Below, one piece after another: positions 18,727 to 27,820 of a stretch of 64,000 bases of DNA (positions are counted from its first letter, which is position 1; the number at the start of each line of letters is the position of its first letter). The DNA comes from Candidatus Hebobacterum abditum (GTDB taxonomy: Bacteria; Armatimonadota; Hebobacteria; Hebobacterales; Hebobacteraceae), in NCBI GenBank assembly GCA_029821875.1, contig JALGXW010000001.1:88089-152088 (forward strand), given 5' to 3'. Below the pieces are notes generated by a model that saw nothing but the letters and a program-made list of their open reading frames with translations, had not been told where the DNA came from and ran no database searches. Both the position numbers and the translations under genes were made by a program.

Positions 18727-20092
18727 CGTCGCTGTCCTCCGTCTCCGCCCTATCTTCGCTCGTCGCGGGTAGTGGGCTCGGCCCGAGGAGTTCTCGCAGT
18801 TCCTCAATGGCGACCTCGGGCGGGGGTGGGAGCCCCAGTCGCCGGCGCTGAGCCACAGATGCCTGTGTGAGCTGGCCCTTGTCGCGGAAGGTCCGCATGC
18901 CCTCGAGGGCCGCTGGGGGCGCCAACCCCTGCTCAATGGCAAGGTGCTTGGCCTGGCGCAGGATGGACATCTGATCGTACTTGCTGGGGCAAAGTTCCGC
19001 GCATGTGTAGCACTCGACACACTTCCAGAGGTCAGGTGAGCGCAGCACCTCATCTACCTGTCCGGCCGCCAGCGCGCGGATGAGCGCGTTGGGATCATAC
19101 GTTGGGTCAGCGTGTGCGACGGGACAGTCATCGACACAGGCGCCGCACTCGGCGCATGCGCGCAAGAGATTCAGATCCCAGTGGTTCGTCACGAGGTCGA
19201 AGGCCTCAGTGCGTCCGCGCCAGCGGTCGAGGAAGGGCCCGACATCGACTCTGTGTCGGTCGAGTCCTAGCTCGGCCGGCTCCATGCCCAGCGAGAGGCC
19301 AAGGAGTTCGGGGTAGTACAGGACCGGGAGGTGGACAGCTTCTCCTTCCCGCTGGAGCAGGAACTGCATGTTGTCGTACTGCATCATGCATGACGGGCAC
19401 ACGAGAGTCAGCGCGTCGGCTTCTTCGTCGATCATGTCCCGCAGCTTGCCCCGGCACATGGCGCGAGCCGTATCCTCTTCGCCCGCGCGCAGAAGCAGAT
19501 TGCCGCAGCACTCCATCTTGGAGGGGTAGGGGAGACTGTCGGCGCCAAGGGCCTCGACGAGTTCGTCGAACTTCTTGGGCCAGAACGGATCGTCGAACAG
19601 CAGCTCGCCGCTCGGACGGAGAAGGTGGCAGCCGTAGTGCACCGCGATCCGGAGGCCGGTCATGGGGTAGACGACACGGTTCCGCAACGCGCCCGGCCCC
19701 ACGTCCTGGTAGAGCAAATCGAGCACATGCATGACGTCGGTCGTGCCGCGGTAACGCCGTCCGATGCGCGCCAGCTCGGTGTTGACCTCCTCCCGGAGCG
19801 CGGGCTCGGAGAGAAGCTTGACCTGCGCCTCCTTCAACGTCGAGAAGCAGCCAGTGCATGGCGTCACGAACACCCGCCCGGCCTCCTCCGCTACCGTGAG
19901 ATTCCGAGCAGCAGTCAGAAGCCAGTCCCGGTAGCTCATGTTGCGGATCATGGTCTTCTCCGGACAGCAGGTGAGGCCGTCCACATCGACCGCATCGATC
20001 CCCAGTCGCTCAAAGACAGCGCGTGTGGACTTCTCCATGTAGGGAAGACGCCCCGGGACGTAGCAACCCCAGAAATAGGCGTAAGCAGGCAT
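18713..20092 (-). CDS. Heterodisulfide reductase-like HdrB-HdrC fusion protein
   Basis: Two CCG domains (WGC..TCCP..PCTGC and HYGCHLLRP..ECCG..VCPSC) followed by two ferredoxin motifs (CAECGACVDDCP, CVECYTCAELCP). RBS GGAGG. The 3' end overlaps the GATase start. Confidence 0.92.
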   Translation of the reverse strand: MPAYAYFWGCYVPGRLPYMEKSTRAVFERLGIDAVDVDGLTCCPEKTMIRNMSYRDWLLTAARNLTVAEEAGRVFVTPCTGCFSTLKEAQVKLLSEPALREEVNTELARIGRRYRGTTDVMHVLDLLYQDVGPGALRNRVVYPMTGLRIAVHYGCHLLRPSGELLFDDPFWPKKFDELVEALGADSLPYPSKMECCGNLLLRAGEEDTARAMCRGKLRDMIDEEADALTLVCPSCMMQYDNMQFLLQREGEAVHLPVLYYPELLGLSLGMEPAELGLDRHRVDVGPFLDRWRGRTEAFDLVTNHWDLNLLRACAECGACVDDCPVAHADPTYDPNALIRALAAGQVDEVLRSPDLWKCVECYTCAELCPSKYDQMSILRQAKHLAIEQGLAPPAALEGMRTFRDKGQLTQASVAQRRRLGLPPPPEVAIEELRELLGPSPLPATSEDRAETEDSDDDSS

Positions 20093-20186
20093 GTGCGCCT
20101 CCGCAAGGCGTGCCCCGCCACTGGCCGACAGGGCTTCAGGGGGGGCGGCGGTAGGTGACCTACTGCCGGCCGCCGCTCCTACTCCG

Positions 20187-20216
20187 AGTATACCCTTCCA
20201 CGTCCGGCTGAGTCAA
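20187..20216 (-). promoter_or_regulatory. Sigma70-type promoter of the hdrBC-glutamate synthase operon
   Basis: Minus strand TTGACT, 18 nt, TATACT, about 95 nt upstream of the ATG. Confidence 0.65.
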
Positions 20217-20401
20217 CCCCTTGTGTCTCACCTGCAGCTTCGTTGGTGGGCGGGCCTCCAGCGAGACGCAAGCCTGTGTGGGGGTGCTGTGGGGAGAGGG
20301 TGAAGGCTGTTGGGAGCTGGCGGCGAGGGGTGGAGCGGAGCGCTAAGGAGGGGGGAGAACTGCCGGATGAAACGCCCGAGTGCAAGGGCGGAGAGGTGTC
20401 G

Positions 20402-21361
20402 CTAGGCGCCGCCGCGCGCGCGGAGGACCTCTATGGTGTCGGGGTCCTCCGCGATTGCGATGGGCGTGTTGCCCTCGCTGTTCTCTGGTTGGGAGCGGGC
20501 GCCGGCGATGAGGATGAGGTCGGCGATCTCCGCATGCCCGCCCTGGGCCGCGAAGTGCAACGCGGTCCAGTCGTTGGGATTCGTGGCATCCGGATCGGCT
20601 CCGGCGCAGAGAAGGCGCTCGACGATGATGACATCTCCCCGCGAGGCGGCGGCCATCAGCGGTGTCCATCCGTCGCCCGACAGGGCGTTGACATCCGCGC
20701 CGCGCTCGATCAGCAGGTTGGCGATCTCGGTGGTATGCGCGAGGCGCAGCGGAGCGATGTCGTTATCATCCATCGCGTTGACATCCGCGCCCGTGTCGAG
20801 CAGACGCTGGACTGTCCGAGCACTCACCCCGCGTGCAGCTTCATGGAGCGGCGTGCGGCCGTCAATGCCCCGTGCGTCGGTCCTCGCGCCAGCGTTGAGC
20901 AGCAGTTCCACAACGTCGGCGCGCCCGCGTCGAGCCGCGAAGATAAGAGGAGTCTGACCGCCGCGCAACGAGCAGTTCGGGTTCGCTCCGTGCTTCAGCA
21001 AGAGATCAACTACCTTCCTCGATGCACGAACGTCCCTACACCAGACGGCATCGATCAGAGGCGTGTCGCCGTGGTCTGAACGCGCCTCCAACTCCGCGCC
21101 GTTGTTGAGCAGGCACTCAACAACCTGCACCTGACCACGACTGGCGGCGAAGTGGAGTGGTGTCTCGCCCCACCGATGGCGCGCGTTGATGTCTGCCCCG
21201 CGTTGAAGATGACGTTCGACGGCCTCCACATCGCCGTGCGCAGCCGCGCGATGAAGCCCCGGGCAGGCAGTAATGCAGCCCCGGCCCTTGCCCAACATCA
21301 CCGAACACACAGCGATGAGGGCAAGACTCAAGCAGGCGAAGACTATCCCGCTCTTCTGCAT
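20402..21361 (-). CDS. Ankyrin repeat protein with an N-terminal signal/anchor
   Basis: About eight repeats of G.TPLH.AA..G....V..LL..GAD.N; hydrophobic N-terminus. Confidence 0.95.
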   Translation of the reverse strand: MQKSGIVFACLSLALIAVCSVMLGKGRGCITACPGLHRAAAHGDVEAVERHLQRGADINARHRWGETPLHFAASRGQVQVVECLLNNGAELEARSDHGDTPLIDAVWCRDVRASRKVVDLLLKHGANPNCSLRGGQTPLIFAARRGRADVVELLLNAGARTDARGIDGRTPLHEAARGVSARTVQRLLDTGADVNAMDDNDIAPLRLAHTTEIANLLIERGADVNALSGDGWTPLMAAASRGDVIIVERLLCAGADPDATNPNDWTALHFAAQGGHAEIADLILIAGARSQPENSEGNTPIAIAEDPDTIEVLRARGGA

Positions 21362-21610
21362 CTAGCCGGGCCTCCTGCGGGGGGCACGTGCTGGGTCTCC
21401 CTGAGCCCTGGTAGGCATGTTTCCACAGAGATGGCCGATTTGGCAGAACTTACTTGCTGGGCAAGCCTGGCGGCGTGAGAGCGCTCTTGCACACGTGTGC
21501 CGGTTGGCGCGGCACGGCCCGCACGGCAGGAGCGCACGTAGGCTCCGGGGAAGTCGACGGGGGCATTTGGGGCGGAGACGCGGTTCGAGATCAAGTAGAC
21601 CACAGCTGAG

Positions 21611-23779
21611 ATGGCGAAGCCGCAGCGGCTGGCAGCAGCGTACGCAATAGGCCTTGTCCTTCTGGTCGTGCTCCCCTTGGCCGGCGTAGCCGACGAGGCG
21701 GTGCCGATCGGCCCCGGCGCGACCTACCAGAGCATGTATCGCCCGGAGGGGCCCTGGGCCATCCACATCCTCGAAGCTGATCTGGGAGCGGAGTACCTCG
21801 AGCTGCGGGCCCTGCTGGGCGGAGGCGATACCATGGCCCGGGGGCAGCTCTCCCGGGTGCTAGAAGCCGCCGAGTCGGATGTCATCCGTCCGGTGGCCGG
21901 GGTGAACGGCGACTTCTTCTCGCTGGCCGGAGGGAGCCACGAGGGCATCCCGCTGGGCCTCCACGTGGAGAGTGGCGAGCTTGTCAGCTTCCCCGACCCG
22001 GCCCGGTCCGTCTTCTACATACTAGAGGATGGCACACACCACATTGACAGGCTGAGGGCCAACGCTTGGGTGCGCGGGCCAGGCAATCTGCTGTTCCCAT
22101 TGATGGAGCTGAACCGACCGCCGAGGTTCGCCGAGCTGGCGCTGTTCACGCGGCACTTCGGCGAGTACACGAGATCGGAGAAAAAGGCGACGCAGATAGC
22201 CCTGGTCGGCCTGTCCGACCGGCTTCACCCGAATGCGGATGTGAGCGCGCGTATCGCCAGCATCTCGACGGGAGTCAGTCAGCGGATACCGCCCGAAGGG
22301 GCCGTCTTGGTGGCGCGAGGTATTGCCGCGTACGCGCTGCGGAAGCTGCAGGTCGGCGATGAAGTGACCCTGTGCCTGGACCTCCTCCCAGAGAAAGGCC
22401 GGATCGATCAGGCCATCGGAGGTGGTCCGCGGCTGGTGAGGAACGATGTGGGTCTGGTGGAGCATGCCAGGGAACGGTTCGCCACCAGTTTCGCAACGAG
22501 GCGGCATCCCCGCACGGGGCTGGGACTGCGCGATGGTACGCTGGTCATGGCCGTCGTCGACGGACGGCAGCCCGGCTACAGCGAGGGAATGACGCTCTAC
22601 GAGTTCACCCAACTGTTCCTGGAACTGGAATGCTCCGATGCGATGAACCTCGATGGTGGCGGCTCCGCGACCATGGTGGTACGGGATCGTCTTATGAACT
22701 CACCATCGGGCGGATACCAGCGGGCGGTGGCGAATGCGCTGGGCCTCCTGACAACATCACCCCTTGGCCCCCCGGTGCGGCTTGCCCTGGAGCCGAGGAC
22801 GATGACAGTCCTCAGCGGGGAGCGGGTGGAACTGCGGCCCTTGGCGCTGGACAAGTACTACAACCCTGTCCCGGTTGATCCGGCCGACGTCAGATGGCGC
22901 CTGCCAGCGATACTCGGGGCGGTGGACGACGCGGGTGTGTTTAGAGCGGCCGATCTTTCAGTGTCGACCATGGCCCGTGTATCGGCGAGATTGGAGGGTC
23001 TGTCTGCCTCGGCGATAGTGAGGGTGGCACCCTTCCCTGACCGCATCGTGGTGACGCCTCCGCGAGCTGCGCTGATGCCAGGCGCCTCCCAGCAGTTCCG
23101 CGCGCGAGCCTATGACAGCGAGGGCCAGCCGATGCGCCTGTCGCCGGAGCGGCTGGAGTGGCGCCTCTCGCCCGAGGAAGCGGGCGGGGAACTCAACCAG
23201 GCGGGCCTGCTGCGCGCCCCAGGGAGGGGCGGGAAGATCTCAGTCCTGGCATGTGTCGGCGATGTCTGCGGCGGGGCCGAAGTGACCGTGGCGACACGCC
23301 TTGCCATGCTGGAGGACTTCGAGCGCGCCGGGCAGTGGTCGCGCCAATCTCAGCCCGCGGGGATCCCAGTGGCCGTCCACTGGGTGACGGACCCCTTGAG
23401 GGACGACAATCACTGTCTCCGTCTCGGATACGATTTCACCCAGGGCGAAGGCACACGAACGGCTCATGCTGTTCTCGCGGTCCCACTGCCAGATGCGGGG
23501 TCCTTCTCCGTGCGTGTGCTGGGCGATGGTCGTGGATGCTGGCTGCGCGCGCGCCTTCGAGACGCTGCCGGCCGCGGATTCACAGTCGACCTGGCGGACA
23601 AGGTCACTTGGTCTTCGGCCTGGCGAGAAGTGGACGCGGCCTTGCCGGAGGAAGCAGAGCCGCCCGTCACGCTCGAGTCCGTCTACTTGGCCGAGTTCCA
23701 CGAGGATCGGAGGCCGGTGGGCGCGGTCTACTTCGATGACATATGTGCCGGCCCTGGGGGCTCAGAAGAAGGACGATAG
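21611..23779 (+). CDS. Secreted phosphodiester glycosidase (NAGPA/DUF2233) family protein with Ig-like and CBM-like domains
   Basis: Signal peptide; AGVNGDFF, AIGGGPRLV, RHPRTGLG, VVDGRQ, AMNLDGGGS; C-terminal Ig-like repeats and a jelly-roll-like domain. Confidence 0.9.
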   Translation: MAKPQRLAAAYAIGLVLLVVLPLAGVADEAVPIGPGATYQSMYRPEGPWAIHILEADLGAEYLELRALLGGGDTMARGQLSRVLEAAESDVIRPVAGVNGDFFSLAGGSHEGIPLGLHVESGELVSFPDPARSVFYILEDGTHHIDRLRANAWVRGPGNLLFPLMELNRPPRFAELALFTRHFGEYTRSEKKATQIALVGLSDRLHPNADVSARIASISTGVSQRIPPEGAVLVARGIAAYALRKLQVGDEVTLCLDLLPEKGRIDQAIGGGPRLVRNDVGLVEHARERFATSFATRRHPRTGLGLRDGTLVMAVVDGRQPGYSEGMTLYEFTQLFLELECSDAMNLDGGGSATMVVRDRLMNSPSGGYQRAVANALGLLTTSPLGPPVRLALEPRTMTVLSGERVELRPLALDKYYNPVPVDPADVRWRLPAILGAVDDAGVFRAADLSVSTMARVSARLEGLSASAIVRVAPFPDRIVVTPPRAALMPGASQQFRARAYDSEGQPMRLSPERLEWRLSPEEAGGELNQAGLLRAPGRGGKISVLACVGDVCGGAEVTVATRLAMLEDFERAGQWSRQSQPAGIPVAVHWVTDPLRDDNHCLRLGYDFTQGEGTRTAHAVLAVPLPDAGSFSVRVLGDGRGCWLRARLRDAAGRGFTVDLADKVTWSSAWREVDAALPEEAEPPVTLESVYLAEFHEDRRPVGAVYFDDICAGPGGSEEGR

Positions 23780-23825
23780 CGCGCGGGCGGAGGATCGGCG
23801 GGCCCGCAGTGTAAGGAGGCCGGAC

Positions 23826-24509
23826 ATGGGCGATGTGCCGACCTATGTGTGTCGCCGGACGCCTGAGCCGATCACGATAGACGGCCACCTGAGCGAGGCC
23901 GTGTGGCCGCGGTCGCAGCCCGTGGGCGATTTCGTGCTGGCCGACGGCACCGCGGCCCCACAGCTTCCAACCGAGGTGCGGGCCTGCTGGGACTCCGCCA
24001 ACCTCTACCTAGCCTTCACAGCCATCGACACCGACATCTGGGGGAACATGAGCCGACGGGACGATGCCATCTACGACGAAGAGGTGGTCGAGGCATTCGT
24101 CTGCTCGGGTGAGGATGTGACCCGCTACTTCGAGTTCGAGTTCAGTCCCCACAATGTGGTCTTCGATGCGGCAATCGAGTGTCCTGAATCGGGGGATCGG
24201 CGGTTCATGAAGGTGGACGCCGGTTGGGACTGCAATGGCCTTGCCTCGGCCGTTCACGTCGTCGGGACTCTGGACGACCACGCCGATGTCGATGAGAAGT
24301 GGACCGTGGAGGTGGCCCTGCCTTTCAGCCAGATCGGCCGAGCTGGCAAGCCGCCGACCGAAGGAGAGACGTGGCGGGCGAACTTCTACCGGATCGACCG
24401 AGCTGGCGAAGGTGAGTTTAGCTGCTGGTCGCCGACGCTGGCCGATCCGCCCAACTTCCACGTCCCGCGCCGTTTCGGCCTCCTGAAGTTCTCCCTTGAG
24501 ACGGCCTGA
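23826..24509 (+). CDS. Carbohydrate-binding family 9-like (DOMON-like) protein
   Basis: RBS AAGGAGG; ITIDGHLSE.VW, WDSANLY, EEVVEAF, WTVEVALP, WRANFYR, WSPT...NFHVP.RFG. Confidence 0.88.
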   Translation: MGDVPTYVCRRTPEPITIDGHLSEAVWPRSQPVGDFVLADGTAAPQLPTEVRACWDSANLYLAFTAIDTDIWGNMSRRDDAIYDEEVVEAFVCSGEDVTRYFEFEFSPHNVVFDAAIECPESGDRRFMKVDAGWDCNGLASAVHVVGTLDDHADVDEKWTVEVALPFSQIGRAGKPPTEGETWRANFYRIDRAGEGEFSCWSPTLADPPNFHVPRRFGLLKFSLETA

Positions 24510-24650
24510 GCGCGAAAACTGGCGAGACGACGGCCGGGCGGGGCAAGGGCCGATGTCGCAGTCGCAACGGCGCCGCGAGGATGACGGCCAAGGGATCGAG
24601 TTGCCTTCACTCGCCTCGGGGTGGTAACCTGAGGGCCAGGGAGGGATGAC

Positions 24651-26018
24651 ATGAGACCCGAGCGTGCTCTGCTTGTGTTACCTATGCTGTTCCTGCTGGC
24701 GAGCGCTGCCTTCGGCGCGAATGTCGAGATCACCTCACCGGCGAGCGGCGCCCGACTCACCGCCCTCATCACCGTGACGGCGAGAGTCGATGCCGGACCG
24801 GACGAGGATCTCACGCCGCCGGTTCTCCAGACCATCGACGGCCGCCAGATCCCCATGGTGCTCGAGTCTGATGGGGTCTACACAGGACAAGTCGACACGA
24901 CCACACTGCCGAACGGCCACCAGTCGCTGCTCGTGTTCGTCACGCCCAAGGGGGTCGAGCCCGAACGCAGAGACGACTATGCCGACTCCTCTTGGGGGGC
25001 TGACAAGCTCATCTCCGGCGCTGAGACGCGGGTCGTTGTGCGCAATCCCTACAAGTTCTACTGGGGAGACCTTCACGCCCACAGCACCTACTCCGATGGC
25101 GCCTGGTATCCCAAGGAGGTCTACGAGTTCGCGCGCGATGAGGCCAAGGTCGATTTCTTCGCAGTCACGGATCACGCGGAGATCCTCACGGTCGAGGAGT
25201 ATGCCGATGTTGTCGCTCAGGCAAACGCAGCTGACGAGCCCGGACGCTTCGTTGCCCTGTACGGTGTCGAGAGCACCAACACGGACACGGGGCACGCGAA
25301 CTTCTACATGTCCCCGGTCCATGTTCTGCCATACGACCTCAATGACTTCTATCGGACCCTTGGCGAGATGGACCTCATCGGCCACTTCAACCACCCGTGG
25401 AAGGTGTACCCGGAGCAGAGCTCGTTCAACGACTTCCAGGGCTTTCGCTACGCGCCCGAGGGGGACAGCTGCATGGCAATGGTGGAGCTGCGCAACGAGG
25501 GCGAAGAGGAGTGCTACATCGCCATGCTGGACAACGGGTGGCACGTGGGCGCCGCGGGCTGCGCAGACAAGCACTCGCCGGAGTGGGGGCAGGGCCCCAC
25601 CTGGACCGTGGTGCTGGCGCGGGAGCTGACGCGCGAAAGCGTCCTGGAGGCAATGCGGGCCCGGCGCATCTACAGCACAGCCGATCGGAACATGAAGCTG
25701 GAGTTTACGCTGGACGGCGAGGATATGGGGGCGCGGATCTCGCGACCGGCCGGGGAGTACGACTTCTCGGTATCTGTGGATGATCCGGATCTGGCGGATC
25801 GGGTCGAGCAGGTCGACGTGTTCCTGGATGGGCGCATCGAGGCGAAGATGGGGTCGGAGCCGGCCGCTCGGGTCGCGTTCGGGGGTCCTCTGACGTTCTC
25901 GGCGGGGAATCACTACTGCTTCGTCCGCGTGACCCAGCCCGAGGGGCGGACGACCTGGTCGAGTCCTATCTGGGTGAGCGCCTACGAGTACTCGCCCGAA
26001 GTCGAGGCCGGGCAGTAG
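24651..26018 (+). CDS. Secreted PHP-family metallohydrolase (CehA/McbA/DUF3604-like)
   Basis: Signal peptide and Ig-like domain; WGDLHAHSTYSDG, VTDH, GHAN, NHP, D.H metal ligands; C-terminal WSSPIWV. Confidence 0.87.
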   Translation: MRPERALLVLPMLFLLASAAFGANVEITSPASGARLTALITVTARVDAGPDEDLTPPVLQTIDGRQIPMVLESDGVYTGQVDTTTLPNGHQSLLVFVTPKGVEPERRDDYADSSWGADKLISGAETRVVVRNPYKFYWGDLHAHSTYSDGAWYPKEVYEFARDEAKVDFFAVTDHAEILTVEEYADVVAQANAADEPGRFVALYGVESTNTDTGHANFYMSPVHVLPYDLNDFYRTLGEMDLIGHFNHPWKVYPEQSSFNDFQGFRYAPEGDSCMAMVELRNEGEEECYIAMLDNGWHVGAAGCADKHSPEWGQGPTWTVVLARELTRESVLEAMRARRIYSTADRNMKLEFTLDGEDMGARISRPAGEYDFSVSVDDPDLADRVEQVDVFLDGRIEAKMGSEPAARVAFGGPLTFSAGNHYCFVRVTQPEGRTTWSSPIWVSAYEYSPEVEAGQ

Positions 26019-26062
26019 TCTGCTCAGATCCCGATGCCGCCTCGGGCGGCGGAGCGGACACG

Positions 26063-27796
26063 ATGAGAGAGCTGCGCGTTGCCCTTGCACAGATAAACGT
26101 GACCGTTGGCGACCTCGACGGGAACGCTCAGCGGATCGTCGACTCGATCCGCGAGGCGGAGTCGCTCGGCGCGGATGTGGTCGCCTTCCCGGAGCTGGCC
26201 GTCACCGGCTATCCGCCTGAGGATCTGCTGCTGAAGCCAGAATTCATCGCGGCCAACCAGAGAGCGCTGGCGTCCATCGCCGAGAAGACTGAAGACGTCG
26301 TAGCGGTGTGTGGCTTCGCGGATCGTGCCGACGATCTCTACAACGCGGCCGCTCTGCTGCGCCGCGGACAGCTGGCGGCCGTCTATCACAAGAACTACCT
26401 CCCCACCTACAGTGTCTTCGATGAGGACCGGTACTTTCGGGCGGGCAAGGAGCGGCCGGTCTTTCGCATCGGCGGCGGCATCGTAGGGGTCAGCGTGTGT
26501 GAAGACATATGGTATCCCGATGGCCCGCCAACCGAGCAGGCATTGGCGGGCGGCGCGGAGCTGCTGCTCAACATCTCGTCTTCGCCCTACTGCATGGGCC
26601 GCTTCGAGACGCGGCGAGAGATGCTCGCCACGCGCGCCTCGGACACCGGCGCATTCGTCGCCTACGTGAATCTGGTCGGCGGACAGGACGAGCTTGTCTT
26701 CGACGGTCAGAGCATGGTGTTCGCACCTGACGGCGAGCTTGTGGCCCGGGGCCCTGCCTTCGAAGAGACGATGCTCGTCGTCGATCTCGATCTCGAGGCC
26801 GCCTTCCAACATCGGCTTCATGACCCCAGGCGGCGGAAGCGCACCTCCCCCTCTGACTCGGCTCCGCTAGTGATCAACGAGACGGTCAAGTCGGACAAGC
26901 CGGGCCTAGGCCGGCCGGTGATGGCCGAGCCACCGGTGAGTGAGGATGAAGTTTACCGTGCCCTCGTCATGGGGACCCGGGACTACGTCCGCAAGAACGG
27001 ATTCCAGAGGGTCGTCATCGGGCTGAGCGGCGGCGTGGACTCTTCGGTGGTGGCGAGCATCGCGGCCGACGCGCTGGGGCCGGAGAATGTGGTCGGCGTG
27101 TCTATGCCCTCCCGCTATTCTTCAGATGGCAGCCGAACCGACGCGGAGGCGCTGGCGAAGGCTCTCGGCATTGAGCTACGGCTCGTGCAGATCGAAGACG
27201 TCCACGTCGCCTACGAGTCGATGCTCGCGCCGCAGACGGAGGGCTCTCCCAGCATCGTCTTCGAGAACATCCAGGCCCGCATCCGTGGGAACATCTTGAT
27301 GGCCCTGTCGAACGCGCACGGCTGGCTCGTCCTCACAACTGGCAACAAGAGCGAGATATCGACCGGCTACTGCACCCTCTACGGCGACATGGCCGGCGGC
27401 TTCGCCGTCCTGCGGGATGTGCCGAAGACGCTCGTCTATGAGTTGGCGCGGTTCAAGAACGAGTCCGCGGGCCGGGAGATCATCCCCCAGAGCGTCATAG
27501 GCAAGGTGCCGTCGGCCGAGCTGCGTCCCGACCAGAAGGACACGGACTCGCTTCCGCCCTACGAGGTGCTCGACCCCATCCTGCGCGCCTATGTCGAGGA
27601 GGATCGCCCGGTCGCCGAGATCGTGGCGATGGGCAACGACCCGGAGGTCGTGGCCCGAGTGGTCGAGCTGGTGGACCACAACGAGTACAAGCGCCGCCAG
27701 GCGCCGCCTGGACCGCGGATCACCTCCCGGGCCTTTGGCCGCGACCGGCGGCTGCCGATCACGAATCGGTTTCGAGGCGGTCCGCTGACGCGATAG
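26063..27796 (+). CDS. nadE: Glutamine-dependent NAD+ synthetase
   Basis: Nitrilase domain (FPELAVTGYPPEDL, VCEDIW) plus IGLSGGVDS, ENIQARIRG, TGNKSE, PSAELRPDQKD, EYKRRQAP. Confidence 0.98.
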   Translation: MRELRVALAQINVTVGDLDGNAQRIVDSIREAESLGADVVAFPELAVTGYPPEDLLLKPEFIAANQRALASIAEKTEDVVAVCGFADRADDLYNAAALLRRGQLAAVYHKNYLPTYSVFDEDRYFRAGKERPVFRIGGGIVGVSVCEDIWYPDGPPTEQALAGGAELLLNISSSPYCMGRFETRREMLATRASDTGAFVAYVNLVGGQDELVFDGQSMVFAPDGELVARGPAFEETMLVVDLDLEAAFQHRLHDPRRRKRTSPSDSAPLVINETVKSDKPGLGRPVMAEPPVSEDEVYRALVMGTRDYVRKNGFQRVVIGLSGGVDSSVVASIAADALGPENVVGVSMPSRYSSDGSRTDAEALAKALGIELRLVQIEDVHVAYESMLAPQTEGSPSIVFENIQARIRGNILMALSNAHGWLVLTTGNKSEISTGYCTLYGDMAGGFAVLRDVPKTLVYELARFKNESAGREIIPQSVIGKVPSAELRPDQKDTDSLPPYEVLDPILRAYVEEDRPVAEIVAMGNDPEVVARVVELVDHNEYKRRQAPPGPRITSRAFGRDRRLPITNRFRGGPLTR

Positions 27797-27820
27797 TGCC
27801 AGCGAGAGCTGTCCCGTCCG

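Noticed and set aside
18713-20092. Hdr-like gene as evidence of methanogenesis or archaeal contamination; possible selenocysteine recoding
   Set aside because: The flanking genes are bacterial with uniform composition, Hdr-like proteins are common in anaerobic bacteria, and no in-frame TGA interrupts the Cys motifs.
20220-20400. G-rich intergenic stretch as a REP/MITE or ncRNA
   Set aside because: I found no second copy, terminal repeats or convincing stem in the window.
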